NCBI GenBank assembly: GCA_904063045.1 | Contig: CAJFCJ010000012.1 | Location: 2,678,335 to 2,742,334, forward strand | DNA: 64,000 nt | Reading direction: 5' to 3' | Origin: Dimorphilus gyrociliatus | Taxonomy: Eukaryota; Animalia; Annelida | Shown here: positions 1-13,900 of the stretch, piece by piece | Numbering within the stretch: position 1 is the stretch's first letter | Layout: the number at the start of each line of letters is the position of its first letter | Notes under the pieces: model-generated | Database searches by the model: none | What the model saw: the letters and a program-made list of their open reading frames with translations, nothing else | What the model was told of the DNA's origin: nothing | Translations under genes and position numbers: made by a program

Positions 1-1931
1 CGGAAATGAATTTCTTTTTCTTAATTATATTAATTTCCAATCAATTTCTTTCATTAGAAGAAACAAATACTTAAAAAATTCATTAAAATCAAATTTAATT
101 CCAATGTTTCCTCTTTTTCAAAAACCTTTCTTCTCTTAAATTTTTCATTAATTTACTACTTTCATCTTCTTCATAAGAGTGCTAGAGACGAAGGAAGAGA
201 TGGAGAGACAGAGAGAGACAGACAGACAGAGATGCAGATTTCATTTTTTCTCAGTCAAAAACCTACAATTCCCTCCATCTCTTTTTCGCTTGTTTATCCA
301 TTGCGTGTTTTTATTTTCCAATTGAAATATTGGCCAGCTTCTAGATCAGTTTATTTATTGACCTGTACGGAAGAATCTAGAGGAATTAGCTAGTCTTTAA
401 AAGAAATAGCCTTGCTATTAGTAGGTTAACTTTTAAATTTACTACGTCAGAAGCTACTGAATGAAAAAATTGATTAATTTTAGTTAAAAAGCAAAACTAA
501 ATGGATTATGCTCGTTCGTTAAAGTTGTCTAATAGATTAATAGATTAATGGAATAATAAAGTAAAGAGGAGCTACGGGGAGAATTCGTAAGAATTTAATT
601 CATTCGTTTCGTCTATCGAAAACAACGTGAAGAGAATCGAACGAAAAGAGTGACAAGGTTTACATAAATTCAGTATATGTATATACAGTATATATACATT
701 TATTAGTATAAATGCAATCGAAAGCCTAATAGCCAATCTCTCAGAGAATAGATTCATTTCTCTATTTTTGTTCCCTTTCCCTAGTCAAAAGGAGAAGAAA
801 GAGAAGAACATGTGACTGAGCGAAAGAGGAGGAGGGGAGAGAGAGGGGAGATTTTAACCCTTTTTACTGTCAAAATGATTACCTTTCTCTCTCTCTCTCT
901 CTCTCTCAATCTATCTATTCATATAATACCTCTACAAATGATACTTGATTGCCAAGAGATTATAGACGACTCTATTACTGTTTTAACTCAAAGTTATTTT
1001 TCAATTATTTGCATATTTTCCGGTCAACTCTCTCACACACCCTAATACGAAGCGACGTCTTCTCTAGACGTCTAATATATTCTCTATTTATCCTTTATCC
1101 TAATCGTCAACGGACTCAATTTAAAAGACAATATTCTCATTTTTTATTAGCTTTAATCAAACTGATGATGGCGTCTCGAGGTCGGATAATGCATGTTAAT
1201 AAACTGTATGCTCATTCTCTCTCTATTAGATGACGCCGAGACAAAAGGTGGAAAGCTAATAGACTTTTATTAGGCTTAAATCTCTCTTCTTTTAGTAAGA
1301 GCTTTCTCAATAGTACTTTCTCACATGTAAAATGTTTATCAATTCTAGGAACATAAATGACTTTTGTTGAGAATTGAGAAGGTGAATGAAAGAGAGTGTA
1401 ACAAATGGATTTTTATAAGAAATATTTACATTCGCAGGCGTTTTAGCTTCCTCTCAACGCAGACATCAAAGCATTCTCTTCTTCTAACAGAAAGAGATAC
1501 GAAAATCACACGAGACTGTTGCTCACTTCTTCCCCTTCGTTTCCCCTCACCTTCACATCTTTTCCTTATCTGTTCGCTATATACGCTTACTTATTCACTC
1601 CGTCATTAATTTCACCTCCCCCCTCCTCTCTCTCTCGCTCTTTCTATTGCCATTCTTCCACTTTATATCATTCGAAACGCATAATAGAATCGAAACAATA
1701 ATATATTAGGATATAAGGATATATAGATGATTTATTAAAATATCCGGGATAAGGGAAAAAAAGAGAATATAAATGGAATGATAAACAGATAGAAATGAAT
1801 AAGCAAAGGATGTTAATTAAAAAAAAGGCCAAAATTAAAACAACTAGTAGCATTTTGTATTCGTTAAAAGCATGTGGCAAAACATCTCTAATAATTAAAT
1901 ATTTACTTTAATTTCTTTTTATACTTTATCC

Positions 1932-1970
<39 letters not shown>

Positions 1971-2470
1971 CCCTTTCCCCCCATCTCTCTCTCTGTCTTT
2001 CTATATTTTACAAAGGAGAATGTATTTACATAAATATCTAAACGCCTACAATTATATTTTATCATCAACTATTCATATTACGTATTCAAACGTTGTCGTC
2101 TCTCTCTCTCTACATCCGTTTCAATACAGAGTTTATCCATTATATCCTCAATTATTTGTTTTACTCTTAATCCCTTTCTCGCCTTGGTTTTTTTTTTTTC
2201 ATTCTCACTTTCACCTCCCGCTCCGCTTTATCTATTGGCGTATATAGCTACTTTCTCTCTTTCTTCGTCTGCAGTTCCGTACGTCAGCCATTGAGCAAAT
2301 GTAATTTAATTTATATTTTTATCTTTTACTATGCATATATTATAAAGCAAAGGAAAAACACAAAGAACGGAAAAGGAAAACCGTTAGCTATAATCTTGTA
2401 TTGTAGGATCCAATCTATTTTTAGAAATATCATTAAGGCAAGTAACTCTCTTGAACATGTTTGTAAACAG

Positions 2471-3291
2471 CTAATCGTCCCGCTGTTGAGGATATCTTTG
2501 GATTCTTGGAAGAGGAGAGATCTTGGCTGATGCCAGCCTTGTTTGGAGATCATCCAATTACAATTGTAGCCCACGGTTTAGCCGGTAAGTAATCTTTTCA
2601 TAACTCTTATTTTGAAACAACAGATATATACTGTACATATTCTATTTTTTTTTGTTCTTTATCCCATTGCCCTCCCCTATTTTCCCACTCCTTTTTCCTC
2701 GCCCAGCAAATCAGTGCTGATATTAAAATAGAAGTAATAACACGTAAACGCACATTCAGCATTAAAGAGATTTCCGTACCTGGAAGATGAAAAAAATCTT
2801 GAAATATCTTACTTTCCATTCATTAATAATTAATTAGTCTAATTAAAAGTTAAATCGTATTAAGAAAGAATAAGCGGGTGAAGAGTCTAAACTAGCAATA
2901 GTAGATGAATGAAAAGGCGGGGTTAGGGTGGAAGGGAGGGAAGAGAAAAAAGAGAAAATTAAACATAGACACACACACACACACTCTAATATAAAGTTTG
3001 TTGATCGAATCGGTAAGAGTTAAGGAAGTTGCCTATTCGGATTAATTGTCAGAAGTCACTTGAAAAAGTCCATCAGACTTTTTTTTAGATGATATACTTA
3101 CGCTGAGAGAGAACTGTTGAGTAAAAAAGTCGCCTATTTTTTCCATCTTCCTCCCTCCCACTCATTTATTCACTCACCCATTCAACCACCCACACATACG
3201 GAATATAAAACTGAACAATGGACAATAGTTGAAAATAGAATGGCAGCTCTTGAATAAATAAATTTTCGACTAATTTTTAGAGAGAGGGAGG

Positions 3292-3327
<36 letters not shown>

Positions 3328-4929
3328 AGGACCATGATAAAATGATAATTGAAATGAAAGAGAACTATTTATACATAGAACAAAATAGTATGTTTAACCT
3401 TTACAGTAGAGAGTAGTGCAACTATGATTAATTAATTATTCAAGTTAATAACTAAATTAACTAGGAAATAAAAAAAACGATAGGTGAACTAAATACCTTA
3501 ATAATTATTTAAAACGATAAGAAGCTAATGAGCCTTGTTCTTTTGTTTCTTTTTTCTATATTACCCTGACCTTTCCTGCCCCCGAGTACATCCACTCTTC
3601 TACCTATAGTGTGTTGTATATATTATTATATATTATTATTATAGTCAATTATTATACCTTTTACTCAAACGCAAAATGATTAAATAAACGATTAACAGAC
3701 AAATAGAGTTTACATTGGATAGGGTTAGGATTAGATAAATCCCCTAATTATAATAATAACAGTCTATTGTTCTATTGACCAACCACTTTACTTCTAACTC
3801 CTGAAATATCATTTGAAAATCGCCCAACAATTGTTCATTAACCACATTTGTCCTCTTCACCCTTTTTCGCTCTTTCTATAGAATGGATAAATGTTTTTTT
3901 TTATTTGTTTTTGTAATTTTCAATATTTCTGTCAATGTCCCTCTCTTTCTCTCTCTCTCTCTCTCTCTCAATCAATCAATAAACCTGAACAAAGGGAAAA
4001 TAAAGCTAAATAAAAAGAGACAGATTTAAAATTTATCCTTGGCATAAAAACATTTCAGGCTCGAGTTTTGACGGTGCCAACTTGACCAATTATTTAAATA
4101 GATATTGAATATTTAATACTATCCACTAGTCGTCATTTACTTCTCCAAGAATCTCTCTTTTTTCGTTATTTACTACTCAACTCCTTCTGTGGTGGGTCAA
4201 AAAAATTTCCTTTCTCTCTTTGAACTGCTCCCTCCCTACACATTCTATTCGTCGGCGTATAAGAAACGCTACGATGAAAAGGACAATATCCCTATTATAT
4301 TGCTTTCCCTTCTCAACTGCAAACACACAATTTAGGTGGAATCATAAAGAAAACATAGTGAAAAAAGTGAGAAAATAATAGGAAAATAAGTATTTTAGAT
4401 GTAACTGTCAATGTTGCAATTTCTTACATCAATTACACGGTAATCTTTTATTTAAGCCTTATTTCAGAGTACACTAGTGAGACGGCGATATTTAGTGTAG
4501 AACAATTGTCTATCTGTAGACTATGTCCTTCCTCCTACCTTTCCTCCTTTATTATCAATACACGTGTCTCTCCTCCCGCCCCCTTCTTTTAACGCCAAAC
4601 CGAAAAACAATTGCTTCCTGCCTATTTTTATCCCGATTCTTTGCTCTGAAAGAGCCGATGCTTAATTTATTATTTAAAAGAATAAATTGTGTTAATATGA
4701 AAATTTTGTAATTGTTTTATTCAATAAAACAAATACAGTTAGCAAGACATTAGAAGAATTTCAAAGAAGATTGAAACTAGATAAAACCCACATAAAAAAC
4801 TTGCGTACAGCATTTAAAGCTGTTCATAGTGGAAACGAGGCTGCTATGGAAAGATTTGGTATGCCAACTAGAGCTTGGAACGAAGTCGTCTTCTTCTTTT
4901 CGAAGCTAATAGACAGTGGATTCATTTAA
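2471..4929 (+). CDS. Two putative 3' exons of an unidentified gene (2471-2584 and 4739-4929); upstream exons not resolved
   Basis: Exon 2471-2584 (acceptor gtaaacag, donor GCCG|gtaagt) reads xNRPAVEDIFGFLEEERSWLMPALFGDHPITIVAHGLA. It is phase-compatible with 4739-4929 (acceptor aatacag), which reads VSKTLEEFQRRLKLDKTHIKNLRTAFKAVHSGNEAAMERFGMPTRAWNEVVFFFSKLIDSGFI*. I do not recognise the family. Confidence 0.35.
3296..3322. repeat. (GA)n microsatellite; one of many GA/CT, TA, CTT and GTTT/AAAC tracts in intergenic DNA and introns
   Basis: Seen directly. Similar tracts at about 885-907, 1933-1968, 5070-5115, 7700-7730, 7808-7837, 23454-23478, 31518-31545 and 33078-33108. Confidence 0.95.
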
Positions 4930-5412
4930 ATTAACCAAAACTTCGCCTAACAGCCTTTATTTCTTTTTTTTTTTTTGAACACTCCATGTTGTCATAAGTT
5001 CGGTATATATATAAATATACTAAATAAACAAAAAGAACAAAGTAAAGCACATCTATGTATGTATGTATGTATATACAGTATATATATATATACTGTATAT
5101 ATATATATATATATAGATAGATATATTTAACTACTCTGCACCATTCGTTTGATGAAATAAACTTTATTCAGTATATTTATGCATACCCTTATTAGTGATG
5201 ATTTGAACCGAGCCACCTGTTGGCTAACAACAAAATTATATGAAATATCCTTATGATTTCTTAGTGGAAATAACATGTTCTATGCTATATCAATTGAACA
5301 AGAAAGCAAATGTCAAATAATGTTTAATCATGTGTGATGTTGTAGCCTTGCAAATATGTATTAAATAAAGGAAACTTCATTAATAACTTTTTTCTTTCTA
5401 CTTTTTTCCCAA

Positions 5413-5427
5413 CGGTAGATGGCGCTG
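5413..5427 (+). promoter_or_regulatory. Possible CTCF/YY1-like GC-rich motif (GGTAGATGGCGCTG), next to a TATAAA, upstream of the single-exon GPCR
   Basis: An isolated GC-rich match to the AGATGGCGC core in otherwise AT-rich DNA. Motif match only. Confidence 0.2.
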
Positions 5428-6056
5428 TTGTATATAAATTATACCATTAACTTTTTACATAGACGATTTTATTAATCTACCACCAAGTTAGCTTTCTATA
5501 TTGTTTATATCTTTCTTTATCGACTTTTGCAAGAGAGAAGAGACAGAGACAGAGACAGAGAGAAAGAGAGGGGGAGGGAGGGAAGAAACAAGGTCATCTA
5601 AGGCCAAAATCGACTAGTAAATTAGTATTATCATAATATTTATAGGAGCTAGAATTTCCCTCAATTGTTCTATAATTAAAATACTGCTGAAATGAAAACC
5701 TTGTATATATAGCAATTAAACTAGGCCTCCAACGTGCAACTTTCTGCGTGTTTTGTTTTTAAAATGGGCGTTTCCCAATCGAAACACTACGTAACAACAC
5801 AGAAAGCAAGGATGGCAAGTACAGATGACTAATAATCACATTCTAGAAGAGAGGTTTACCCCTTTCCCCTTCCTTACCTTTCTTATAGAATTTTCTAGCT
5901 AGTACTGCTATTATAGTCCATTAGGAGAGTCATCCTAATAAATATATGAATGATTTATACGGTTAATAAACGCTTTATCATTTTTTCCTGACGTAAAAAA
6001 ACTCTTTACTCGTCAAAAGATATTGCAAGTTCAGCGGCGGAGGATATCACTAGGCT

Positions 6057-6986
6057 ATGAACAATACTACCAATCAAACCTCTCTGCCAACATCTTTCAT
6101 GGACGAATTCTCGTATTTTGAACTTATTACCATTCTCTTTGTTCATATAGTCTCTTCGTTTCTTGGTCTTTTATTCAATTCTCTTGTATTGTATACTTAT
6201 ATCAGATTTAAAGATATACGAGATTCAATTGTAATAATCATACCAGTTTTGGCAGTATGCGACATTTCGCTTCTACTTACGATTGTTTTTAAAAAGTACA
6301 CATTTCTATCTATAAATGTTGAACGACTGTTTCCCCTTTTCTGCTTCATTTTCCAAGTGATGGACGGAATCATCTATATTCAATCGCAATATTTCGTACT
6401 GTTTATATTCATATTTAGGTTTATTATCATAAAATATCCTTTTCATTTTGCTCAATATATATCGTTCAAGAACTCTATGATTATTGTTATTTGTGTTGTT
6501 ATTTTTACAGTTGGTGTTGGTAGTTTTCCCTTTTATTTGTCGTTTTTTCCCATTGGAGGCGTCGTTTTGTGCGGAGGATACATGGTCTATAAACCCGAAT
6601 TCTTTTTCGTCTATCTCCTCCTCTTCCTCCCGACCATTATCGGAGCTATATATTTGCATATTCGAATTCTAAGAATAGCAAAAGGTCACGCTAATGACAT
6701 TGAACGTCAAACTAAAAGGATGAAAAACATCTCCAACTCTTCAAAAGCAACATTTATACAATTATGTTTTATTGTAGTTCTTTGGATTCTGTATTCTATC
6801 TCTCAATTCCTCCTCGTGTTCGTTCCTAGCCTAACCCTACAGAAATTGGCGGTAAACGGCAATCTGTTGATGACAATTCAAACAGTATCCAATCCAATAA
6901 TAACAATTTTTGGAAATTCACCAATAAAACAGTCTATAAGGCGGATAGGAAGAAGCAACAGAGCTGTATCGCCAACCAAATGGTAA
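6057..6986 (+). CDS. Single-exon rhodopsin-family (class A) 7TM GPCR, divergent, chemoreceptor-like, 309 aa
   Basis: N-glycosylated short N-terminus (MNNTTNQT), seven hydrophobic segments, TM1 GLLFN, TM2 LAVCD, TM3 end IFRF (DRY position), basic ICL3 (RILRIAKGHANDIERQ) and TM7 SNPIIT. Confidence 0.9.
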   Translation: MNNTTNQTSLPTSFMDEFSYFELITILFVHIVSSFLGLLFNSLVLYTYIRFKDIRDSIVIIIPVLAVCDISLLLTIVFKKYTFLSINVERLFPLFCFIFQVMDGIIYIQSQYFVLFIFIFRFIIIKYPFHFAQYISFKNSMIIVICVVIFTVGVGSFPFYLSFFPIGGVVLCGGYMVYKPEFFFVYLLLFLPTIIGAIYLHIRILRIAKGHANDIERQTKRMKNISNSSKATFIQLCFIVVLWILYSISQFLLVFVPSLTLQKLAVNGNLLMTIQTVSNPIITIFGNSPIKQSIRRIGRSNRAVSPTKW

Positions 6987-7806
6987 TGTTTCTCAATCAG
7001 GTTGTCTTATTGTCGTTGTTGTTATTGTTATTATTATTATTATTGAAAACAACTTCCGAGAGAGAAACGATAAACTGATCGACTATCGATGAATTGAATG
7101 TCAACTAGGCATATATATGTCTTCATTAGCTTTCTTACTTAATAGACGCATACAATGCGTCGTATAAAATCTGTAAATATTAAATAATAAATAATCGGCA
7201 AGTATGTTGATGATATTTCTCAATATTTCTTCTCTTAGGGATATATATTAGTATCTTCTATTCTCCTATTCCCATTCAAACTATCGAGTTTAACCAGTCG
7301 GAAATCATTTAGTGCAGTGTATGCAAAGTTAAAGAATGTACGCTTTTGCGGCTATTGTTTCTGTACCTGCAGAAACAATGCGTTATACTTCGTCAGCGAT
7401 TTGGGCGCTAAACCCCTGAATTGTCATTAATCTTTCTCCTTTACATTTTTCTTTCTTTATCTATCATTCTAATGCCAAATGCAGTCAAGTTTAAGAAAGC
7501 CGGCGAACCTTTTAATAATATTTCATTCCGTCATCAATCTAATGTTGACTATTTGCGGTAATGCGCCATTTCATAAAGAATGCTACGAAGGGTGTTTCTT
7601 AAAACTGAAAGAGTCGTCACGCTTTTTAACAAAGATACTTAGTACGTATGAAGAAAATAAAATGAAATGACGCAAACCCAGTGTTCTACGGAACTGATTC
7701 TCTTCTTCTTCTTCTTCTTCTTCTTCTTCTTTATCATTTTATACCGTTTAAACGACTTTTCCTACTCTATCTGGTCAACTATCCTTTTAAAAGAATACTT
7801 CACAAT

Positions 7807-7844
<38 letters not shown>

Positions 7845-7934
7845 AATCAATTCGATTAGGTTTACTAATAGTAAAAAGTCAACGATAGCAGACAACAATA
7901 GGCTAGTATATAGAATAGTGTGATTTGGCAAGAG

Positions 7935-10900
7935 TCAATGGGTAATAAAGTATGATCTCTTCTGTAGAATTCTCTTTATAAAATTACCAAATGCTAGAAT
8001 ATGTTTCCTATCTGACTCTTTATCTCCTTTCATTAGATAACGTTGCGAGAGAGCGTATCTTCTCTTCCGTCTATTTCTCTAGAACAAAAGTATTTTGGTC
8101 AATTAGCAAACAAACAAACAATAAAACGTTGATAGACTGATTACCATAAGACACGCATTTGAAAAATCAATCATTCCATCATAAGAGAAATTACACTGGT
8201 TTGCTAAATCCATCCCTTCACAAATGTCCCTCGATAGTCTAAAAATATTGTTTATCGAATAGAAAGAAGGCGAATTTTTCACTTTTTCTAAACAAATCGT
8301 AATTTTGTTGTCGAGAAGAAATCGCTCATTTCCCCTAATCCATTGTAGGCCTGTTAAAACGGAAGAAAGAAACTTTTAAGCGTTTATTATACGGTTTATC
8401 TATTCGCTTACATTGGGCAACACTCAGTTCCAAAGCATTGTTAACTCGCTCTTCCCTGAAGGACAATTTGAAAGGTTATTTAATTATGCAATATTGTCAA
8501 GAGCTCGCATACATTTTCTTCTTGTTCTTAGCCTGAGACATTTTATAGAATGATCTTATATCTCTAAATGTATAGATTAGCGGATTGATAACCGAGTTTA
8601 GCGGAAGGATTACGATAATAAAAGTAATATAGACGTCCTTGTTCAACACCAACTCAAAGAATACGGAGTAGATTCCTAGTATTGGTAGATAGTTAAATAG
8701 ATAATTGTTGTCTATGTTTCGTTTCCTTCAATCGTGTCATCTTACCTAATAAGGAAACTGGAAACCAACAACATAGATTGGTTGCAACGATGATAAAGGC
8801 GTTGAATTTCAATTTCTTTTGCTGATATTTAAATTGATCTCTACGAATTAGACTCTTCGTTCGCAGTGTCTGCTTCCATATTCTTATATATAGAATTAGA
8901 ATGGTTAGGCAGGTCAACGACATAAAGATACCAAATATTATAAATGAGAAAACCCATCCTTCGGCTCTTTCGCTTGTTATATGTAAACTAAAGCATACTG
9001 GACTTTTTGAATAGTACATCTATCACGGATAATCTCACCAATTAATCAACTATATATAATTAGCATTTACCTGATATACGAAGAGCGGTAGACCGGAAAT
9101 TAGTGCCGATACGAAAAATATACAAAATACTGCAATAATTGATACGGTCGGCGTAAATATTCTCTTGAATGGATACGTAATAATTGCGAATCTCTCAATT
9201 GTTATCAGTAAAAGACTTAGGGTTGAAACGATTATTGAACAACTGCAAAACCAACCAATTATCTTACAGGAGACGCTACTCCTCCATTCGTAGTCGTTAT
9301 CTATGTAAATGCCTCTGTAGTATGAATCGTAACTTCCTATTATCATCAGGTAGATTGATATAGATAAATCGGCAAAAGATAGACTTAGATGGAAGGCATT
9401 TTGAGCATTTTTCCTATTCATTCCTCTAAATAGGAACGATACGGAATTCTCGAAAAACGCCAACAACGCCAATAGCCAAAGAACGAATCGAACAGATTGC
9501 GATTCGATCAGATCGGCGCAAGAATTGAATACCGATTCGGTTGGTCGACAATTTTGAATAGATTTTGAAAATTTCCACGCCATACAGCACAATGAAAAGT
9601 GATTGCTGTACAATTCCTTCAATGATTTTAACGGTTTAATTAGGGCATTGTTGTGCTTTAACGGAATTTCCGTATTCAATAGAGATAAATATTCCAAGTT
9701 AAATAATGATCGAAATGCATTTATATGAAAATCGAGTATACGGCAATTCTCTATTATTAGAATTAATAGGCTCTTTAGGCCAATAAATAGCTGTTCCGAA
9801 AGATACGATACGGAAGAGAATGATAAATCAATTGATTTTAGCATTAATGAATTCTTGAATGAAAGACGATTCGGTATATTTAATATTGTATTTTTCATTA
9901 TTAAATATTGCAGATTCCTTAACGGAACTAAGAAAATCGACGTCAAATTCAAAGATGGACAATTGTCGAATTGTAAATAGACTAAATTAGGGAATGATTT
10001 TGATATTGAAATATTCAAAGCAGCCATTTTATGGAATGTTAACGAAATTATTGAGAAAGATTGAATAAATTCATGTTGAAATTCAATTCCAATGTTGGAC
10101 AAGTTGACTTTCTTATAGCCGGAAAGTATAATGTTTGTTAGATTTTCAACAGAAATCTTATCATCTTTATCGAATGAACATTCAATTGAATAGAATTCGG
10201 CACAATTGCAGTTGAAAGGAGGACGTGACGTCTTATTAAAATTGCAATAAAGCTCATCACTACCCTTAGTACAATCAACAATACCGTTACAGACGTCACT
10301 GATCAAAATGAAACTTTGTTGATTCTTACACTTGAAATATCCTCTTGGTCTGAATTTATCTAAATAAATGGGAAGAAGATTTGGAATAGGAATCTATGCA
10401 AATGCCAATACAAACAAACAAACAAACAAACAACGCTTTTCTATCTTACCGCAATGAGATTCATCGTCGAAATGAGTACAATGAACTACTCCGTCGCATA
10501 TCTCTTGTATCGATATACAATAATTACTTTTCTTACACAGGTAACTTCCTCTCGGACAGGTCGATCTATTACAATTCTTCAACGCTTCGTAAGGATAATG
10601 GACCTTAGTGAGGAGATTGCCCGTCGAATCGTACTTAACCCGGCACCGATTGTTTATCTCTAACTTTGAACAGTTTGAAGGATTACGATTTCGAAAATGA
10701 AATCTACAGAGATTCTTATCTTCGTCTTCCTTATACAAACAATTTGCATTCATGTCACATATTTGTTCGCGTCTAATGCATTTCTCACGACATTGGAATC
10801 TATTGAATTTCTCGCAATCTATTTCATAAAAGTAACGTCATAAAAGTAACGGCGTCGATTTGTTAGAAACCAACCAAATTTGTCTTGTAGTTTATCAATA

Positions 10901-13900
10901 CAGCTTTCATCGCTTTGGTCAAAGCAATTCCTTTCACTATCGCAAAAGTACTCTCCGTCAAGACATTGTCCATTGTCGCACCTATATACATTTCGTTGTT
11001 CATTAATAGACAGCACTAATCGGATTAGTGTTAATCCACCAAATATTTGGATATTCTTACCTGTTTTGTAGAGGGCAATAAGACCATACTGAAAGATGGG
11101 AAAAACGATAAGGATTGATTGATTTGTTTCTACTACGAGTACTATCAACAAGGAAATGATGAAAAGATGCCTACAACAATTCTCTTCATCGGCGTTATTC
11201 GGACAATCTTTTACGTGATCGCATACAAATTTATATAGAATCGTTGTATTGAAATCGCAATAAAACTCTTCAACGCTCCGACAATTCCTCTCATCCTCTC
11301 CCGAATAGCAATCTTCCTCTCCATCGCATACGTTCATTAAATTTATGCACAAAACATCTTCACTACAATAGAAAGAATTTCTTGAACAGTTTGTAAACTC
11401 TTCATCTTCCATTTCATCCGAAATTGAAAATTGAAATAGGTCTTTTTAAACAAACAAACAATTGTTAATGAGAAAATTTGGATGAAAAACTGCAATGATT
11501 CTTACACGGAAGTCTACAGAAATTGTCATTTAACACCTTTTTCTCACAATTCAGTGGAACAATAGAATATTTTAGGCCAAATTTTGCAATGATAGATAGA
11601 AATATAAAGCATTTTGTGAATGATTGACGAGTGAGATGGGTGGTGAATAATTTTGAACTTTGGGGAGCGAAACATTTCTCCGCGTAGCTTGAAAACGATA
11701 GATTATTGAGATTAAAGATAGTCTCTAAAGTAGGATAATGGAAAAAGTGTCCCAATCTATACAAATTTTCAGCCTATTCGCTGTCGACCTTAGAACTGGT
11801 GATATAGTGAAACTACAAGGACATTTTTCCCATTTCCCCATTTTTTGTAAAAGAAGCGTCTACCCTTCGCTATCGTCGAGTAAAAAACTGTAATATTCAT
11901 ATGGTATATTATCGTCGTGAACAAGCACCTGGTGTCCTTTAACGTCCCTAATGACTTTCAGCTCTGTTTACAGAGAATAAAACCCGATTTATGGAATAGT
12001 ACATCAATTGGAAAATTTGTTCCTTATTTACTTCCGGCTATGTTATTTTGTAATTTTAGAAAATTTGATTTTTCATTAATATTCGACATCTGTTCAACAA
12101 ATTTAAACTCTTTATCCGATAAATATAACAGCGTAGCATTGTATTTATTGCATTCAGCCGATGCCTCGTTTATAGAAATCATACTGGAATGTTGAATTTG
12201 CGTATAGCATCCATTTTTAAAGATATACGCATCCTTATCTTTGCAAGTAATCTCTGTTTAAAGTAAACGAGCTCTTAATGCGTTAGGATGCCTAATCAAG
12301 TCATACCGGCGTTATTAAAACACTCAACAAGAAACTGATCAGTTAGATCAGTAAAGAAAGACATTGAACTGCAAAAAATCAACATAGTCGCTTAGTTAAT
12401 ATACAAGAAAATATGAACAAGCGCACACACACGCCCACATACATACCTGGCATATGATGAAGCGTTAAATAGAATTGCGCAATCGGACAAATTATATCGA
12501 TTTGAACAGCTGATTGAGAAGATTTTATCCTTGACGAAGGGGATATTGTAAGAGAATATTCCAGAAGTTAATGTTCCACTATCGTATCCGAAATGTTGAC
12601 AGACGGCTAAAGTTTCGTACATTTTGAAATTTCTCAACGAAAGTACATAATAAACGAAATTGCGGTAGACGAGTAGCATTCCAGTAAAACTACGTAAACT
12701 ACTGCCATCTTTTCTGTTGTAGTTTGTTGCCGTTAAATACTTGTTACCGTCGCTTAAAAGTATAAAATCGCCGTCTGCATTATAAATTTTGCTATTTAAT
12801 ATTATTAAATCAATTTTTTTTATGAATTATAGGCTTTTTGGACTTTTAACTTCCGTTCTGTTTGTGCATAGTGACGTCTGTACAGTTCCTGCTTCAGGTC
12901 CGTCGATTAGTTGGCATTCCTTAAACGATTTCCTATTCCTTAGACACGAACCAAAAAATGGCGTTACCCGACCGTCTAAATGATAATTCATTTCCGGACA
13001 ATTGGTAAACTATGTTATTTGATATTTTATAGAAAAATTAACATCGAGTAAAGAGTTTTCAACTAATTCAACAACTTTTTACCTTCATACCATCGACAAA
13101 CTTTTGTAAATTCTTTGTTGGAATAGGTACTTGTCCAATCAATTCGCAAATTAGATAAGCAGCTTCAACATGCTTGTGCAGTTGACCAAACACTAGTGGA
13201 ATGTGACCGAAAGTTTTCGAGTTAATTAAAAGGCTTGTCCTATCTTTGGCGTAGGTATTGAATAAGAATCTTTTATAAAACGGTTTCATGAGTTCAATGG
13301 AGAAATCTGTTTGTCAAACGTTTCGTTCTTAACAAGAAAGAGTACCAGTCAGTCAGTCAAACAAACAAACAAACAAACAAACAACATTACCTTCCAGTTG
13401 GTGTTTAGAGCAGAAAACAGATGATAAATTCAAGCTTATCCCATTACGGACAAATTTGAGTTTCAATGAATTATTAACATTTTCAATAAGAATTCTATTC
13501 TCTACATCGATCTGTAAATGAGTTTCATTCCGATAGAATTCAGATTTGCTGCACAAATTCATATTGAAACTCGAATGATTTCTCAATAATTTATACGTTT
13601 TTCTATTATTTCTTAAATACAATTGATAATTTATCTTTTCATGATGAAGACTTGCAAATACAACTGAAATTAAAGTACAATTTACAGTTTACAACTTATA
13701 CACTAACCCTAACCCCAACAGCTATTTTATTATCCTAACACTTACACGGTGAACTTGTCTTGTAACATTTCAAACAGAATGAACCGACGGTATGATGTCT
13801 ATTTGTCGAAGCTATATACTTTCTACAAAAGAGAATATTGAAGGAGGTTAGAAGCATAATACTATTTAGAAAAGAAAGACAGATCTGGAAATTACAGAGT

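Noticed and set aside
572-2819. Numerous 60-95 aa ORFs in the first 3 kb
   Set aside because: They run through CT/GA microsatellites and low-complexity AT-rich DNA; I could not build a coherent exon chain or recognise a domain.
5071-5100. Perfect 30-bp palindrome atatacagtatatatatatatactgtatat
   Set aside because: It lies within a TA microsatellite, where such symmetry arises easily.
7310-7670. Cys/His-rich snippets (CSVCKVKEC; ICGNAPFHKEC) suggestive of a RING/PHD finger
   Set aside because: I found no splice path joining them in frame, and the downstream cysteine pair is missing.
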